From an uncultured Bifidobacteriaceae bacterium (lineage in GTDB: Bacteria; Acidobacteriota; Vicinamibacteria; Vicinamibacterales; UBA2999), in contig CAYNUO010000005.1 in assembly GCA_964400405.1 (NCBI GenBank), positions 1-58,159 of the forward strand: a stretch of 58,159 nt of DNA. The letters are read 5' to 3'. This document shows, one piece after another, positions 31,163 to 41,178 of the stretch (the first letter of the stretch is position 1; every line of letters starts with the position of its first letter). Both the position numbers and the translations under genes were made by a program. The notes beneath the pieces were generated by a model. That model saw only the letters and a list, made by a program, of their open reading frames with translations. It was not told the origin of the DNA and ran no database searches.

Positions 31163-32380
31163 GTGCAGTTCAGCGCACAGTTCTGGCTTCTCGCGACTCT
31201 GCTGGCACTGCTCGCCGGCATCTTCAGCGGCAAGGCGTGGGAGCGCTACAAGCTCCGCGACGGGCGCTGGCTGGACCGCCGCCGGCTGCGCGACACCCCG
31301 CACTACATGCTCGGCCTGCACTTCCTCGTCACCGGCCGGATCGACGACGCGATCGATGAGCTGACCCAGGCGGCGTCGACCGAACCCGACGCGCTGGAAG
31401 TGCAGATGATCCTCGGCAACCTGTTCCGCGAGAAGGGACAGGTCACCCGGGCCATCAGCACGCATCAGTCACTGCTGCAGCGCGCGGGCCTCCGGCCGAT
31501 CGAGCACGCGCACATCCTGCTCTGCCTGGGCCTGGACTTCCGCCGTGGCGGCTTCGTGGACCGGGCCGCGGAGGCCTTCCGTGAGGTCCTCACGCTCGAC
31601 CCGGCGAACCGGCACGCCCTCGTCAACCTCCAGAAGCTTCACGAGGACCAGCACCAGTGGGACGACGCTGCGTCGGCGCGGCGGCAGATCGCGCAGATCG
31701 ACGGCGCCCCGCGGCCGGCGAACCTCGAGATCCTCGCGTTTCTGGAGAACGAGATCGGCGCGGCGCACCTCAAGGCCGGCGCCGATGCGCCGGCCATGCA
31801 GGCGTTCGAGCGCGCGCTCGATATCGACGCGCACACCGCCCCTGCGCACCTCAACCTCGGCGACGTCCGGCGCCGCCGCGGCGAGCTCGCCCAGGCCATC
31901 AGGGCGTGGGAGGCGCTCGCTGCCGCGGTCCCCGACCGGGCGCACCTGGTGTTCGAGCGCCTGGAGGCAGCCTACCGGGAGGCGGGCGTGCCGGAGCGAT
32001 TCCCCGCGTTCTGCCGCGGCCTGATTGCCGCGAATCCGCAGGACTGGCGGGCGCGCTTAGCGCTGGCCCGGCACGACCTCGCCGCCGGACGGTCCACCGA
32101 GGCCTTCGAGAGCCTGATGGACGCCCTTCCGCACCACCCGCACGGCATGAGCGTGCACCAGGCCGTCTGGCAGGTCCTGGCCGGAGCCGGCTTCGACCCG
32201 GCCCTTGTGTCGCGGTATGTCGTGCTGGCCCGCGAAGCCGTCTTTTATCTCGACCCTCACATCTGCACGCGCTGCCGCTATCGCAGCACGGAGCTGCTCT
32301 GGCAGTGTCCCCAGTGCCACGAATGGAACACGTTCGTCGAGGAGCGGGTCGGGCCGGCGCGCGGCGCCTTCTCCGAGTAG
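31163..32380 (+). CDS. lapB: Lipopolysaccharide assembly protein B (TPR + rubredoxin-like zinc finger)
   Basis: N-terminal TM helix, TPR repeats, and a C-terminal 'CTRCRYRSTELLWQCPQCHEWNTF' as in LapB/YciM. Lies downstream of the kds genes. Confidence 0.85.
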   Translation: MQFSAQFWLLATLLALLAGIFSGKAWERYKLRDGRWLDRRRLRDTPHYMLGLHFLVTGRIDDAIDELTQAASTEPDALEVQMILGNLFREKGQVTRAISTHQSLLQRAGLRPIEHAHILLCLGLDFRRGGFVDRAAEAFREVLTLDPANRHALVNLQKLHEDQHQWDDAASARRQIAQIDGAPRPANLEILAFLENEIGAAHLKAGADAPAMQAFERALDIDAHTAPAHLNLGDVRRRRGELAQAIRAWEALAAAVPDRAHLVFERLEAAYREAGVPERFPAFCRGLIAANPQDWRARLALARHDLAAGRSTEAFESLMDALPHHPHGMSVHQAVWQVLAGAGFDPALVSRYVVLAREAVFYLDPHICTRCRYRSTELLWQCPQCHEWNTFVEERVGPARGAFSE

Positions 32381-32417
32381 CGCGGACTTCTCCACGGTTG
32401 GCGCGCAATCTTTCGGC

Positions 32418-32446
32418 TTGGCCGGCACGCCTATCTTCGCTAGGCT
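32418..32446 (+). promoter_or_regulatory. Candidate sigma70-type promoter (TTGGCC-17 nt-TAGGCT) for the cytochrome c'-like gene
   Basis: Hexamers and spacing read from the sequence. They are followed by the hairpin GCGCAC-gggtcac-GTGCGC and a strong SD (GAGGAGG) before the ATG at 32508. Confidence 0.3.
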
Positions 32447-32507
32447 GTCCCGGGTCTGGTTTTACTTTGTCCATGCGCACGGGTCACGTGCGCCTGAGGA
32501 GGACTAC

Positions 32508-32921
32508 ATGCGCCGGCTGTCTCTTGCCATTACCTGTCTGCTCGTTGCCAGCATGATCGCGGCTGTCCGCGCTGCTGAGAAGCCATCCGCTGAGTTTCAG
32601 AAGGCCATGAAGGACCTTGGCGGTGCGATGGCGGCGCTCGGCAAGCCCGGAGCGTCCGAGGACTTCGACCTTGCCAAGAAGCAGGGTCAGGCCGCGAAGG
32701 ACGCGTTCGCGGTCGTGCTGAAGTACTGGAACGCCAAGGGCGTACCGGATGCCATCAAGCTGTCGGAGACCGGGGCCAAGGCGGCCGCCGACCTGTATGT
32801 GAGCGCCGACCTCTCGAGCAGCGAGGGTATCCAGGCAGCCATGAAGGACATGGGCGGCAGCTGCCAGGCGTGCCACCAGGCCCACCGCGAGAAGACCGCG
32901 GAGGGCTTCGAAATCAAGTAG
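32508..32921 (+). CDS. Class II (cytochrome c'/c556-like) four-helix-bundle c-type cytochrome, secreted
   Basis: Signal peptide 'MRRLSLAITCLLVASMIAAVRA', helical Ala/Lys-rich body, and a single C-terminal haem motif 'CQACH'. GAGGAGG lies 6 nt before the ATG. The upstream part of the 238-aa ORF overlaps lapB and is rejected. Confidence 0.6.
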   Translation: MRRLSLAITCLLVASMIAAVRAAEKPSAEFQKAMKDLGGAMAALGKPGASEDFDLAKKQGQAAKDAFAVVLKYWNAKGVPDAIKLSETGAKAAADLYVSADLSSSEGIQAAMKDMGGSCQACHQAHREKTAEGFEIK

Positions 32922-32943
32922 CGGCCTCCCCGGCCGTCTGCTG

Positions 32944-32980
32944 ACACACCGCGGTGGACGCGTCCGCCGCGGTGTGTGTT
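32944..32980 (+). terminator. Hairpin terminator between convergent cytochrome gene and coaE
   Basis: Perfect 11-bp stem ACACACCGCGG / CCGCGGTGTGT around a 12-nt loop, followed by GTTT. The U-tract is weak. Confidence 0.5.
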
Positions 32981-33628
32981 TCATCGCCCGCGCGGCTCGA
33001 GCGCGGGCAGTCCCCAGTCCCGCCACACCGCCTCGAGCGCCGCGATCGTGGCCTCCGGATCGCCGGACGTGTCGATGACGGCGTCCGCACGACGACGCCG
33101 TTCCTCGGCAGGCATCTGCGCCGACACCCGCGCCCGCACCGCCTCCGCGGTCAGGCCGTCGCGAGCCATCACGCGGGCCACCTGGGTCTCTGCCGGACAG
33201 TCGGTGAGGATCACGCGGTCGAACCGGGACTCCGATCCCGTTTCAAACAGCAGCGGCACCGCCACGACCGCCGGCCCCGTCTGCGCGGCGAGCCAGGCCG
33301 CCACGGCCTGCCAGACGGCCGGATGCACGAGACGCTCGAGGTCCCGCCGGGCCGACACATCGGCGAACACGACCCGCGCCAGAGCTTCCCGGTCGAGTCC
33401 TCCGTCCGGTGCAAGGACCGCCGGCCCGAAGCGCGCAACCACGGCGGCGAGCGCCGGCGTGCCCCGCTGCACCACGTCCCGCGAGACGGCATCGGTATCG
33501 AGCGTGGGCACACCGCATCGCGCGAGATGACGCAGGACGAACGACTTCCCTGTGCCGATGCCGCCGGTCAGGCCGATGCGTGCTGTTCTCAGAGGCACCG
33601 TTCTTAGAGGCACCGTTTCTAGAGGCAC
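32981..33628 (-). CDS. coaE: Dephospho-CoA kinase
   Basis: 'IGLTGGIGTGKS' P-loop at the N-terminus and CoaE-length body. There are three in-frame GTG candidates (33628, 33613, 33598) created by a 15-bp tandem triplication. Confidence 0.88.
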   Translation of the reverse strand: MPLETVPLRTVPLRTARIGLTGGIGTGKSFVLRHLARCGVPTLDTDAVSRDVVQRGTPALAAVVARFGPAVLAPDGGLDREALARVVFADVSARRDLERLVHPAVWQAVAAWLAAQTGPAVVAVPLLFETGSESRFDRVILTDCPAETQVARVMARDGLTAEAVRARVSAQMPAEERRRRADAVIDTSGDPEATIAALEAVWRDWGLPALEPRGR

Positions 33629-33630
33629 TG
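33586..33630. repeat. 3 x 15-bp imperfect tandem repeat spanning the coaE initiation region
   Basis: Plus-strand units are ttctcagaggcaccg / ttcttagaggcaccg / tttctagaggcactg. On the coding strand they read (GTG CCT CTN AGA/GAA ACN) x3, translating to VPLET-VPLRT-VPLRT. Confidence 0.85.
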
Positions 33631-33655
33631 CGCCGCCACGCGGATCTCTCCCCGC

Positions 33656-34585
<930 letters not shown>

Positions 34586-34592
34586 CGCGCGA

Positions 34593-36095
34593 CTACGCCT
34601 GTCCGTTCCGCCGGCGCAGCTCGCTGTGCGTCCGGCTGTAGCCGAAGTAGACGATCAGGCCGATGAGGAGCCAGCCGAGGAGCCGGTACCAGTTCTCGAC
34701 CGGAAGCGAGAGCATCAGCAGCAGGCACGAGAAGATGCCGAGGATCGGCACGACCGGAAAGAACGGCACCCTGAAGGGCCGCGGCGTCTCGGGGTGCGTC
34801 CGCCGCATCACGAGCACCGCCGCGCATACCGCGAGGAACGCGAAGAGCGTGCCGATGTTCGTCAGATGCAGCAGCGCGTCCAGCGGCAGGAAACCCGTCA
34901 GAATCGCCACGGCGACGCCGATCAGGATCGTCGAGCGATGGGGGGTCTTGAACCGGGGATGGACGTCTCCGAAGAAGCCGCGCGGCACCATGCCGTCCCG
35001 CGCCATTGCGAGGAACACACGCGGGCCCGACAGCATCAGCACGAGGAGCACCGACGTGATCCCGGCCACGCCGGCGGCGGCGATGATGAACTCCGCCCAT
35101 CCGAGGCCCACGTGCTTGAACGCGTCCGACACGCCCGCGTCGACGCTGATCTGGGTGTAGGGCACCATGCCGGTCAGGACGGCCACCACGGCGATGTACA
35201 GCACGGTGCAGATGAGCAGCGACGCAATGATCCCGATCGGCACATCCCGCTGCGGATTCTTCGCCTCCTCGGCATGCGTCGACACGGAGTCGAAGCCGAT
35301 GTAGGCAAAGAAGATGATCGCGGCGCCCGCCAGCATGCCGACCGGCTGGCCTCCGGCGTTGACCTGCCCGAGGATCGGCGTCCCGAAGATGCTGAGCCCG
35401 CTCAGCCCGAAGGGCGCGAACGGATGCCAGTTCTCCGGATTCACGTAGAAGGCGCCGACCGCGATGACAAACAGCACCGCGGCGACCTTGACGCCCACCA
35501 TGGCGGCGTTGAACGACGCGCTCTCCTGGATGCCCTTGACCAGGATGGCCGTGACGACGGCGACCACGAGCACCGCCGGCAGGTTCACCAGCGCCCCCGT
35601 CTGGACGAAGCTGTCGGTGGCCGCGTCGTAGATGATCGGCGCCTTCGTCAGCGCGGCGGGCAGGTGTACGCCGAACTTCGCGATCACGCTCTGGAAGTAG
35701 CCCGACCAGCCGTTGGCCACCGTCGCCGAACCCACCGCGTACTCGAGGACGAGGTCCCAGCCGATGATCCAGGCGAAGAGCTCGCCGAGCGTCGCGTACG
35801 CGTACGTGTAGGCCGACCCCGCGACCGGCACCATCGACGCGAACTCGGCGTAGCAGAGCGCCGCGAAGATGCACGTCAGGCCGGCGACGACGTAGGAGAG
35901 CATCAGCGCCGGACCGGCGACGCTGTGCGCCGCGGACCCCGTGGCGACGAAGATGCCGGCCCCGATGATCGCGCCGACGCCGAGCGAGGACAGCTGCACC
36001 GGGCCGAGCACGCGGCGCAGCCGCTGTTCGCCGTGCAGTTCTTCCAGCAGGTGCGCGAGTGGCTTTCTGGCGAAGAGCGGATTCGAACCTGGCAT
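34593..36095 (-). CDS. APC-superfamily amino acid permease (CAT-like)
   Basis: Twelve or more TM segments. N-terminal signature 'LSSLGVGAIIGAGIFVATG'. ATG at 36095 has GGAGG 5 nt upstream. The upstream 117 codons of the ORF are non-membrane junk. Confidence 0.88.
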   Translation of the reverse strand: MPGSNPLFARKPLAHLLEELHGEQRLRRVLGPVQLSSLGVGAIIGAGIFVATGSAAHSVAGPALMLSYVVAGLTCIFAALCYAEFASMVPVAGSAYTYAYATLGELFAWIIGWDLVLEYAVGSATVANGWSGYFQSVIAKFGVHLPAALTKAPIIYDAATDSFVQTGALVNLPAVLVVAVVTAILVKGIQESASFNAAMVGVKVAAVLFVIAVGAFYVNPENWHPFAPFGLSGLSIFGTPILGQVNAGGQPVGMLAGAAIIFFAYIGFDSVSTHAEEAKNPQRDVPIGIIASLLICTVLYIAVVAVLTGMVPYTQISVDAGVSDAFKHVGLGWAEFIIAAAGVAGITSVLLVLMLSGPRVFLAMARDGMVPRGFFGDVHPRFKTPHRSTILIGVAVAILTGFLPLDALLHLTNIGTLFAFLAVCAAVLVMRRTHPETPRPFRVPFFPVVPILGIFSCLLLMLSLPVENWYRLLGWLLIGLIVYFGYSRTHSELRRRNGQA

Positions 36096-36159
36096 CAGTC
36101 CTCCGGACGCGGAATTATCTCTCGTGTTCCACCTTCCCGCAGCAGCAATGACGCTGCGT

Positions 36160-36270
36160 GGGCGGGTCCTGTCGCCGAACAGCCCCATACAGTGCTCGCG
36201 CTTCCGCGCTCCGCGCTGTACGGGGCACCCCGTTCGGCGCCACCCGCTGCCTGGCAGCGGTGTCTCCTCA
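36160..36270 (-). promoter_or_regulatory. Structured leader with glycine-riboswitch-like core motifs (candidate riboswitch)
   Basis: The minus-strand RNA reads GGAGAC-[CCGCUG-CCAGG-CAGCGG hairpin]-GUGG-CGCC-GAACGGGGUG-[CCCCGUACAG...CUGUAUGGGG hairpin]-CUGUUC-GGCG-ACAGGAC. This parallels the glycine aptamer pattern GGAGAG-P2-CACC-GAAGGGG..-P3a-GGUG-CCAGGAC. I could not find a convincing P1 helix. The 5' end abuts the thiE stop codon. Confidence 0.3.
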
Positions 36271-36921
36271 GGCGAGCCGATCCAGGTAGCTCCGAACGAG
36301 CGCTCGCGGGTCCGGGCCGATGAGTCCGCCGATGACGGCCACGGCGTCGGCGCCCACCCGGCAGGCATCCGCGGCCCGTTCCGGCGTGATGCCGCCGATC
36401 GCGACCAGCGGCATCCGCGCACCGGCAATGGCACGGGCGCGTTCAATCATCGCGACGCCCACCGCGTCGTAGCCGGTGTCCTTGGTCACCGTGCCGAACA
36501 CCGGACCGACAGCAATGTAGGACACGGGCTCGAGCGCGGCCCGCTGCACCTGGGTCTCGGTGTGCGTCGAGACGCCGACAATGGCCCCGTCGCCGAGCTG
36601 CGCCCGCGCGGCCGCCGGAGCAAGGTCCTCCTGCCCGACGTGGGCGCCGGAGGCACCCGTCACCAGCGCGACGTCGACGCGGTCGTTGACCACGACGGTC
36701 GCATCCGCGCCGGCGCGCGCAAGCACACGGCGCGTGAGCGCGGCGAAGGCGCCCGCATCGAGGGTCTTGGCCCTGAGCTGGAAGAAGCGGGCGCCGCCCT
36801 CAAGGCAGGCATCCAGAAACGCGAGGGGTTCCCACGACGCCGCGTCGAGGGCCGCCACGTCGCAGATGACATAGAGCCGCGACGGCAGGACGGCGGTCGT
36901 GCCTGCGGGCTCGGTCGGCAC
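36268..36921 (-). CDS. thiE: Thiamine-phosphate synthase
   Basis: 'LYVICD', 'FQLRAK', 'VNDRVDVALVTGASGAHVGQEDL' and 'VAIGGI' ThiE blocks. Confidence 0.88.
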   Translation of the reverse strand: MPTEPAGTTAVLPSRLYVICDVAALDAASWEPLAFLDACLEGGARFFQLRAKTLDAGAFAALTRRVLARAGADATVVVNDRVDVALVTGASGAHVGQEDLAPAAARAQLGDGAIVGVSTHTETQVQRAALEPVSYIAVGPVFGTVTKDTGYDAVGVAMIERARAIAGARMPLVAIGGITPERAADACRVGADAVAVIGGLIGPDPRALVRSYLDRLA

Positions 36922-36934
36922 GGGGAGGAACGCG

Positions 36935-38308
36935 CTAGCTGGCCGCGGCGGTGCCGCGCGCGGCGGCGGGCTCGACCGCGAACCGGTCCATGAAGCCCGT
37001 GCCGATGTTGCCCGAGATGAAGTCCGGCTCGGAGAGGATCTTCACGTGCAGCGGGATCGTGGTGTGGATCCCCTCGATGACGCTCATCTCCAGCGCGCGC
37101 CGCATGCGGGCGATCGCCTCGGAACGGTCGCGTCCGAACACGATCATCTTGCCGATCATCGAGTCGTAGTACGGGGGAATCGTGCAGTCGGCATGCGCGG
37201 CGGTATCGACACGCACGCCAGGGCCGGACGACAGGTTGAACGTGCGGATCAGCCCCGGCGACGGCGTGAACCGTTCGGGGTGCTCGGCGTTGATCCGGCA
37301 CTCCAGCGCATGTCCGCGGAACTGGACGTCGCTCTGCTTGTAGCCGAGGCGCTCGCCCGCCGCGATCCGGATCTGCTCCTTGACGAGGTCGATGCCGGTC
37401 ACCAGCTCCGTGACGGGGTGTTCGACCTGGAGACGCGTGTTGACCTCCATGAAGTAGAACCGGCCCGCCTGGTCCATCAGGAACTCGAAGGTGCCGGCGT
37501 TCGTGTACTGCACGGCCTTTGCCGCGTCCACGACGAGCGCGCCCATCTTCTTCCGGACCTTCTCGGTGATCACGACCGACGGCGACTCCTCGATGAGCTT
37601 CTGATGCCGCCGCTGGACGGAGCACTCGCGCTCGCCGAGGTGCACGAGGTTGCCGTGGTGGTCGCCGAGCACCTGGAACTCGATGTGCCGCGGGTTCACC
37701 AGGTATTTCTCGATGTAGCAGTCGCCGACGCCGAACGCCGCCTCGGCCTCACGCTGGGACGTACGCAGCGACGCGCCGAGCTCCTCCTCGGATTTCACGA
37801 CGCGCATGCCGCGGCCGCCACCGCCCGCCACCGCCTTGATGATGACCGGGAACCCGATCTCCTTCGCGATCCTGAGCGCCTTCTCTTCCGAGTCCACGGG
37901 GCCGTCGCTGCCCGGCAGCATTGGCAGCCCGGCCTTCTTCATGGCACGGCGCGCACGGGCCTTGTCGCCCATCAGCTTGATGACGTGCGGACTCGGACCG
38001 ATGAACCGGATGTGGCAGGCCTCACACACCTCGGCGAAGTGCGGGTTCTCCGACAGGAAGCCGTAGCCGGGGTGAATGGCATCCGCGCCGGTCACTTCGG
38101 CGGCGCTGATGATGGCCGGAATGTTCAGGTAGCTGTCGGCGCTTCTGGCGGGGCCGATGCAGACGTCCTCGTCGGCAAAGCGGACGTGCAGGGCGTGCTC
38201 GTCGGCCTCCGAATAGACGGCGACGGTCTTAATCCCCATTTCCCGGCAGGCGATGATCACGCGCAGCGCGATCTCGCCCCGATTGGCGACCAGAATCTTC
38301 TTGAACAT
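36935..38308 (-). CDS. accC: Acetyl-CoA carboxylase biotin carboxylase subunit
   Basis: '[26 protein letters not shown]', ATP-grasp '[10 protein letters not shown]' and '[14 protein letters not shown]'-like '[14 protein letters not shown]'. Confidence 0.97.
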   Translation of the reverse strand: MFKKILVANRGEIALRVIIACREMGIKTVAVYSEADEHALHVRFADEDVCIGPARSADSYLNIPAIISAAEVTGADAIHPGYGFLSENPHFAEVCEACHIRFIGPSPHVIKLMGDKARARRAMKKAGLPMLPGSDGPVDSEEKALRIAKEIGFPVIIKAVAGGGGRGMRVVKSEEELGASLRTSQREAEAAFGVGDCYIEKYLVNPRHIEFQVLGDHHGNLVHLGERECSVQRRHQKLIEESPSVVITEKVRKKMGALVVDAAKAVQYTNAGTFEFLMDQAGRFYFMEVNTRLQVEHPVTELVTGIDLVKEQIRIAAGERLGYKQSDVQFRGHALECRINAEHPERFTPSPGLIRTFNLSSGPGVRVDTAAHADCTIPPYYDSMIGKMIVFGRDRSEAIARMRRALEMSVIEGIHTTIPLHVKILSEPDFISGNIGTGFMDRFAVEPAAARGTAAAS

Positions 38309-38310
38309 GG

Positions 38311-38766
<456 letters not shown>

Positions 38767-38790
38767 AGGCTCCGTTCCAACTCCGTCCGT

Positions 38791-39918
38791 CTAGAGAACC
38801 ACCAGCTCACGGGTCACGGCCGTCAGCACCTCGTGCCCGCCCGGCGTCACGAGGATATCGTCCTCGATCCGCACGCCGCCCCACCCCGGCAGATAGGCGC
38901 CAGGCTCGACCGTCAGGACCATCCCGGCCGCCAGAGGGACCGGCGCGACCTCCGGCAGGGGCTTCCCGACCCGCGGCGCCTCGTGCACGTCCAGCCCAAG
39001 TCCGTGGCCGGTCCCGTGTCCGAAGGCGGCTCCTAACCCTTCTTCCGTCAACACGTTCCGGGCGGCGACGTCCACCGCCTCCGCCGTCTGGCCCGGTCGC
39101 ACCGCCTCGATTGCCGCCTGCTGGGCCTTCAGAACAGCCCCGTACACACGGCGGGCCTCCGTTCCCGGAGGCCCTATCGCGACGGTTCGCGTAATGTCAC
39201 TGCAGTATCCGTCCATCACGCCGCCGAAGTCCAGCACCACCAAGTCGCCAGTAGCCAGGAATCGGTCACCTGCCCTGTAATGCGGAAGTGCGGAATTCGG
39301 CCCCGAAGCCACGATCGTGTCGAAGGCTGGCTTCTCGAAGCCGCTCGCGCGTAGCGCCGCCTCGATCGCGCCGGCCACATCCCGCTCCCGCACACCGGCC
39401 CGGGCCGCCCTGAACGCCGCGTCGGCCACGGCGGTCAGGCCCCGCGCGGCGCGGCGCAGCGCCTCCTGCTCCTGCGGGTCCTTGATGATGCGGGCGCCTT
39501 CGACCAGCCCCGTGACCGGAACCCACTCCGGGGGCACGGGGGACGACGCGCCCATCCGCTCGAACCACCGGAGCCGGGACACGGACAGATGCTCGGCCTC
39601 GACGCCGATGCGGTGATGACCATCGGCCAGACACCGGGCCAGCAGGGCGGCATCGTAGCTGCCCGGCACGTCGACGACCCGCAGCGCCGCCGGGGCACCA
39701 CCGCCGTCCACGAGCTGCCGCGCCGACTCGCGGTAGCGGGCGTCAACGAGCAGCGACACCGCGTCCCGCGCGACGAGCAGCGCGCCGGCAGTCCCGGTGT
39801 GCCCCGACAGGTACCGCACGTTCGGCGGATACGTCACGACGAGCACGTCGAGGCGGTCGGCGCCGTACGTCCCCCGCACGGCCGCCAGACGCGCCTCGAA
39901 GGAGGCCGCGGACGTCAT
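38791..39918 (-). CDS. pepP: Xaa-Pro aminopeptidase (M24B)
   Basis: Creatinase-N-like N-domain plus M24 metal ligand blocks ('VVLDFGGVMDGYCSDITRT', 'GHGTGHGLGLDVHE', 'VLTVEPG', 'GVRIEDD'). ATG at 39918 overlaps the upstream stop by 1 nt (TGATG). Confidence 0.88.
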   Translation of the reverse strand: MTSAASFEARLAAVRGTYGADRLDVLVVTYPPNVRYLSGHTGTAGALLVARDAVSLLVDARYRESARQLVDGGGAPAALRVVDVPGSYDAALLARCLADGHHRIGVEAEHLSVSRLRWFERMGASSPVPPEWVPVTGLVEGARIIKDPQEQEALRRAARGLTAVADAAFRAARAGVRERDVAGAIEAALRASGFEKPAFDTIVASGPNSALPHYRAGDRFLATGDLVVLDFGGVMDGYCSDITRTVAIGPPGTEARRVYGAVLKAQQAAIEAVRPGQTAEAVDVAARNVLTEEGLGAAFGHGTGHGLGLDVHEAPRVGKPLPEVAPVPLAAGMVLTVEPGAYLPGWGGVRIEDDILVTPGGHEVLTAVTRELVVL

Positions 39919-41171
39919 CACGTCGCGGTGATCGTGACCGTGCGTGTCGTCGTCGCCGTCCGCCCGGCGCTGTCCACGATCGTCAGACGGATCGTGTAGG
40001 TACCGGCGGTCGCATAGGTCGTCGACGCCGTCACGCCCGTGGAGGTCTGGCCGTTGCCGAAGTCCCACGTATACGAGCTGATCGTCGCACCCGCGATGGT
40101 CGACGAGTCGCCGCCGTTGACGTTGACCGTCCGCGTGATGACCTGGCTCGTCGGCGAAATCGAGAAGTTCGCCGTCAGCCCGTTCACGACCGTCAGTGTC
40201 GACGTGGCGGTGCGGGTCTGCCCCACATCGTCCGTCACGGTCAGCGTCACCGTGTAGGTGCCCGTCGCCGTGTAGGCGTGACTCGAGAGCGCCGACGTGG
40301 CACTGGATGTCGCACCGTCACCGAAGCTCCAGTCGTACTGCACGATGGAATGGCCCGGCGCGGCCGAGGATCCCGACGCCACGAAGTTCACGTTCTGAAG
40401 CACGGCGGCGCTCGACGGCGACGCGACAAAGACCGGTGTCGGCGCGGCGGGATTCACGACCGCCACGACCTTCGTCGTGCTCGCGGTGGTGCCGACGGCG
40501 TCGGTCACTGTCAGCGACACGACGTAGCTCCGCGCCTGCTGGAAGCGATACGTCGCTTCACGTCCGGTCGCGGCGGACTCTCCGCCGAAGTTCCACGCAT
40601 ACGAGCAGGTGTCGCGACACAGCGCGCCCTCGTCCGTGGTCGCGCTGGCGTCGAACGTCACGCTCTGCAGGCGCTCCGGCGCCTCCGGCAGGAACGAGAA
40701 CGCCGGCACCGGCGCCCCGGTGTTGGGCGTGCCCGTCAGGCGGACCGAGAACGTGCGCGCCACGGCATCGCCGGCCCCGCCGGCCGCCGGCGTGACCGCG
40801 ATCACGGCGACGCCGCTGGCCACGATCGTGCTCGCGGCGGGAGCCGTGTAGGCGAACGACGCGTTGCCGCCCGCGTCCGTCGTGACGTCGGCCTGGTTGA
40901 CGGCGCCGGTGCTCGCCGACAGCGTCAGGCGCTGCCCGGCGACGGCCTGTCCCCGCGCGTCCCGCACCGCGACGGTGACGACCGCCTGTGACTGGCCGTC
41001 GCGCGGCAGCTGATCGGGCGTGACCGTCGCGGTCACCGACAGGCCGAACTCGGACGGGGCGACGATCGACGGCGCGCTCTGCTTCTCGAGGCCGCAGCCG
41101 GCCGCGGTCAGCGTCAGCGCCGTCAGCGCGACGAGTGGGGCGGTGTTCAACGATTCCCTGATGCTGCGCAT
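39918..41171 (-). CDS. Lipoprotein with one Big_1-like Ig domain and three PKD domains
   Basis: Lipobox 'LTLTAAGC'. Big-like 'QAVVTVAVRDARGQAVAGQRLTLSAS'. Three PKD repeats have the pattern 'F.AS...D...I..Y.W.FGDG' followed by 'Y...G.Y.V.LTV.D..G' ('YAWNFGGES', 'YDWSFGDGA', 'YTWDFGNGQ'). AGGGG SD lies 3 nt before the ATG at 41171. Confidence 0.8.
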   Translation of the reverse strand: MRSIRESLNTAPLVALTALTLTAAGCGLEKQSAPSIVAPSEFGLSVTATVTPDQLPRDGQSQAVVTVAVRDARGQAVAGQRLTLSASTGAVNQADVTTDAGGNASFAYTAPAASTIVASGVAVIAVTPAAGGAGDAVARTFSVRLTGTPNTGAPVPAFSFLPEAPERLQSVTFDASATTDEGALCRDTCSYAWNFGGESAATGREATYRFQQARSYVVSLTVTDAVGTTASTTKVVAVVNPAAPTPVFVASPSSAAVLQNVNFVASGSSAAPGHSIVQYDWSFGDGATSSATSALSSHAYTATGTYTVTLTVTDDVGQTRTATSTLTVVNGLTANFSISPTSQVITRTVNVNGGDSSTIAGATISSYTWDFGNGQTSTGVTASTTYATAGTYTIRLTIVDSAGRTATTTRTVTITAT

Positions 41172-41178
41172 GACCCCT

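Noticed and set aside
33586-33630. Short tandem repeat considered as a mini CRISPR or other array
   Set aside because: It consists of three directly abutting 15-bp units with no spacers, lies in frame within the coaE start region, and has no cas genes nearby. It is a simple tandem duplication.
36922-36934. TPP riboswitch upstream of thiE
   Set aside because: The spacer to accC is 13 nt, so there is no room for an aptamer. thiE appears to be simply co-transcribed.
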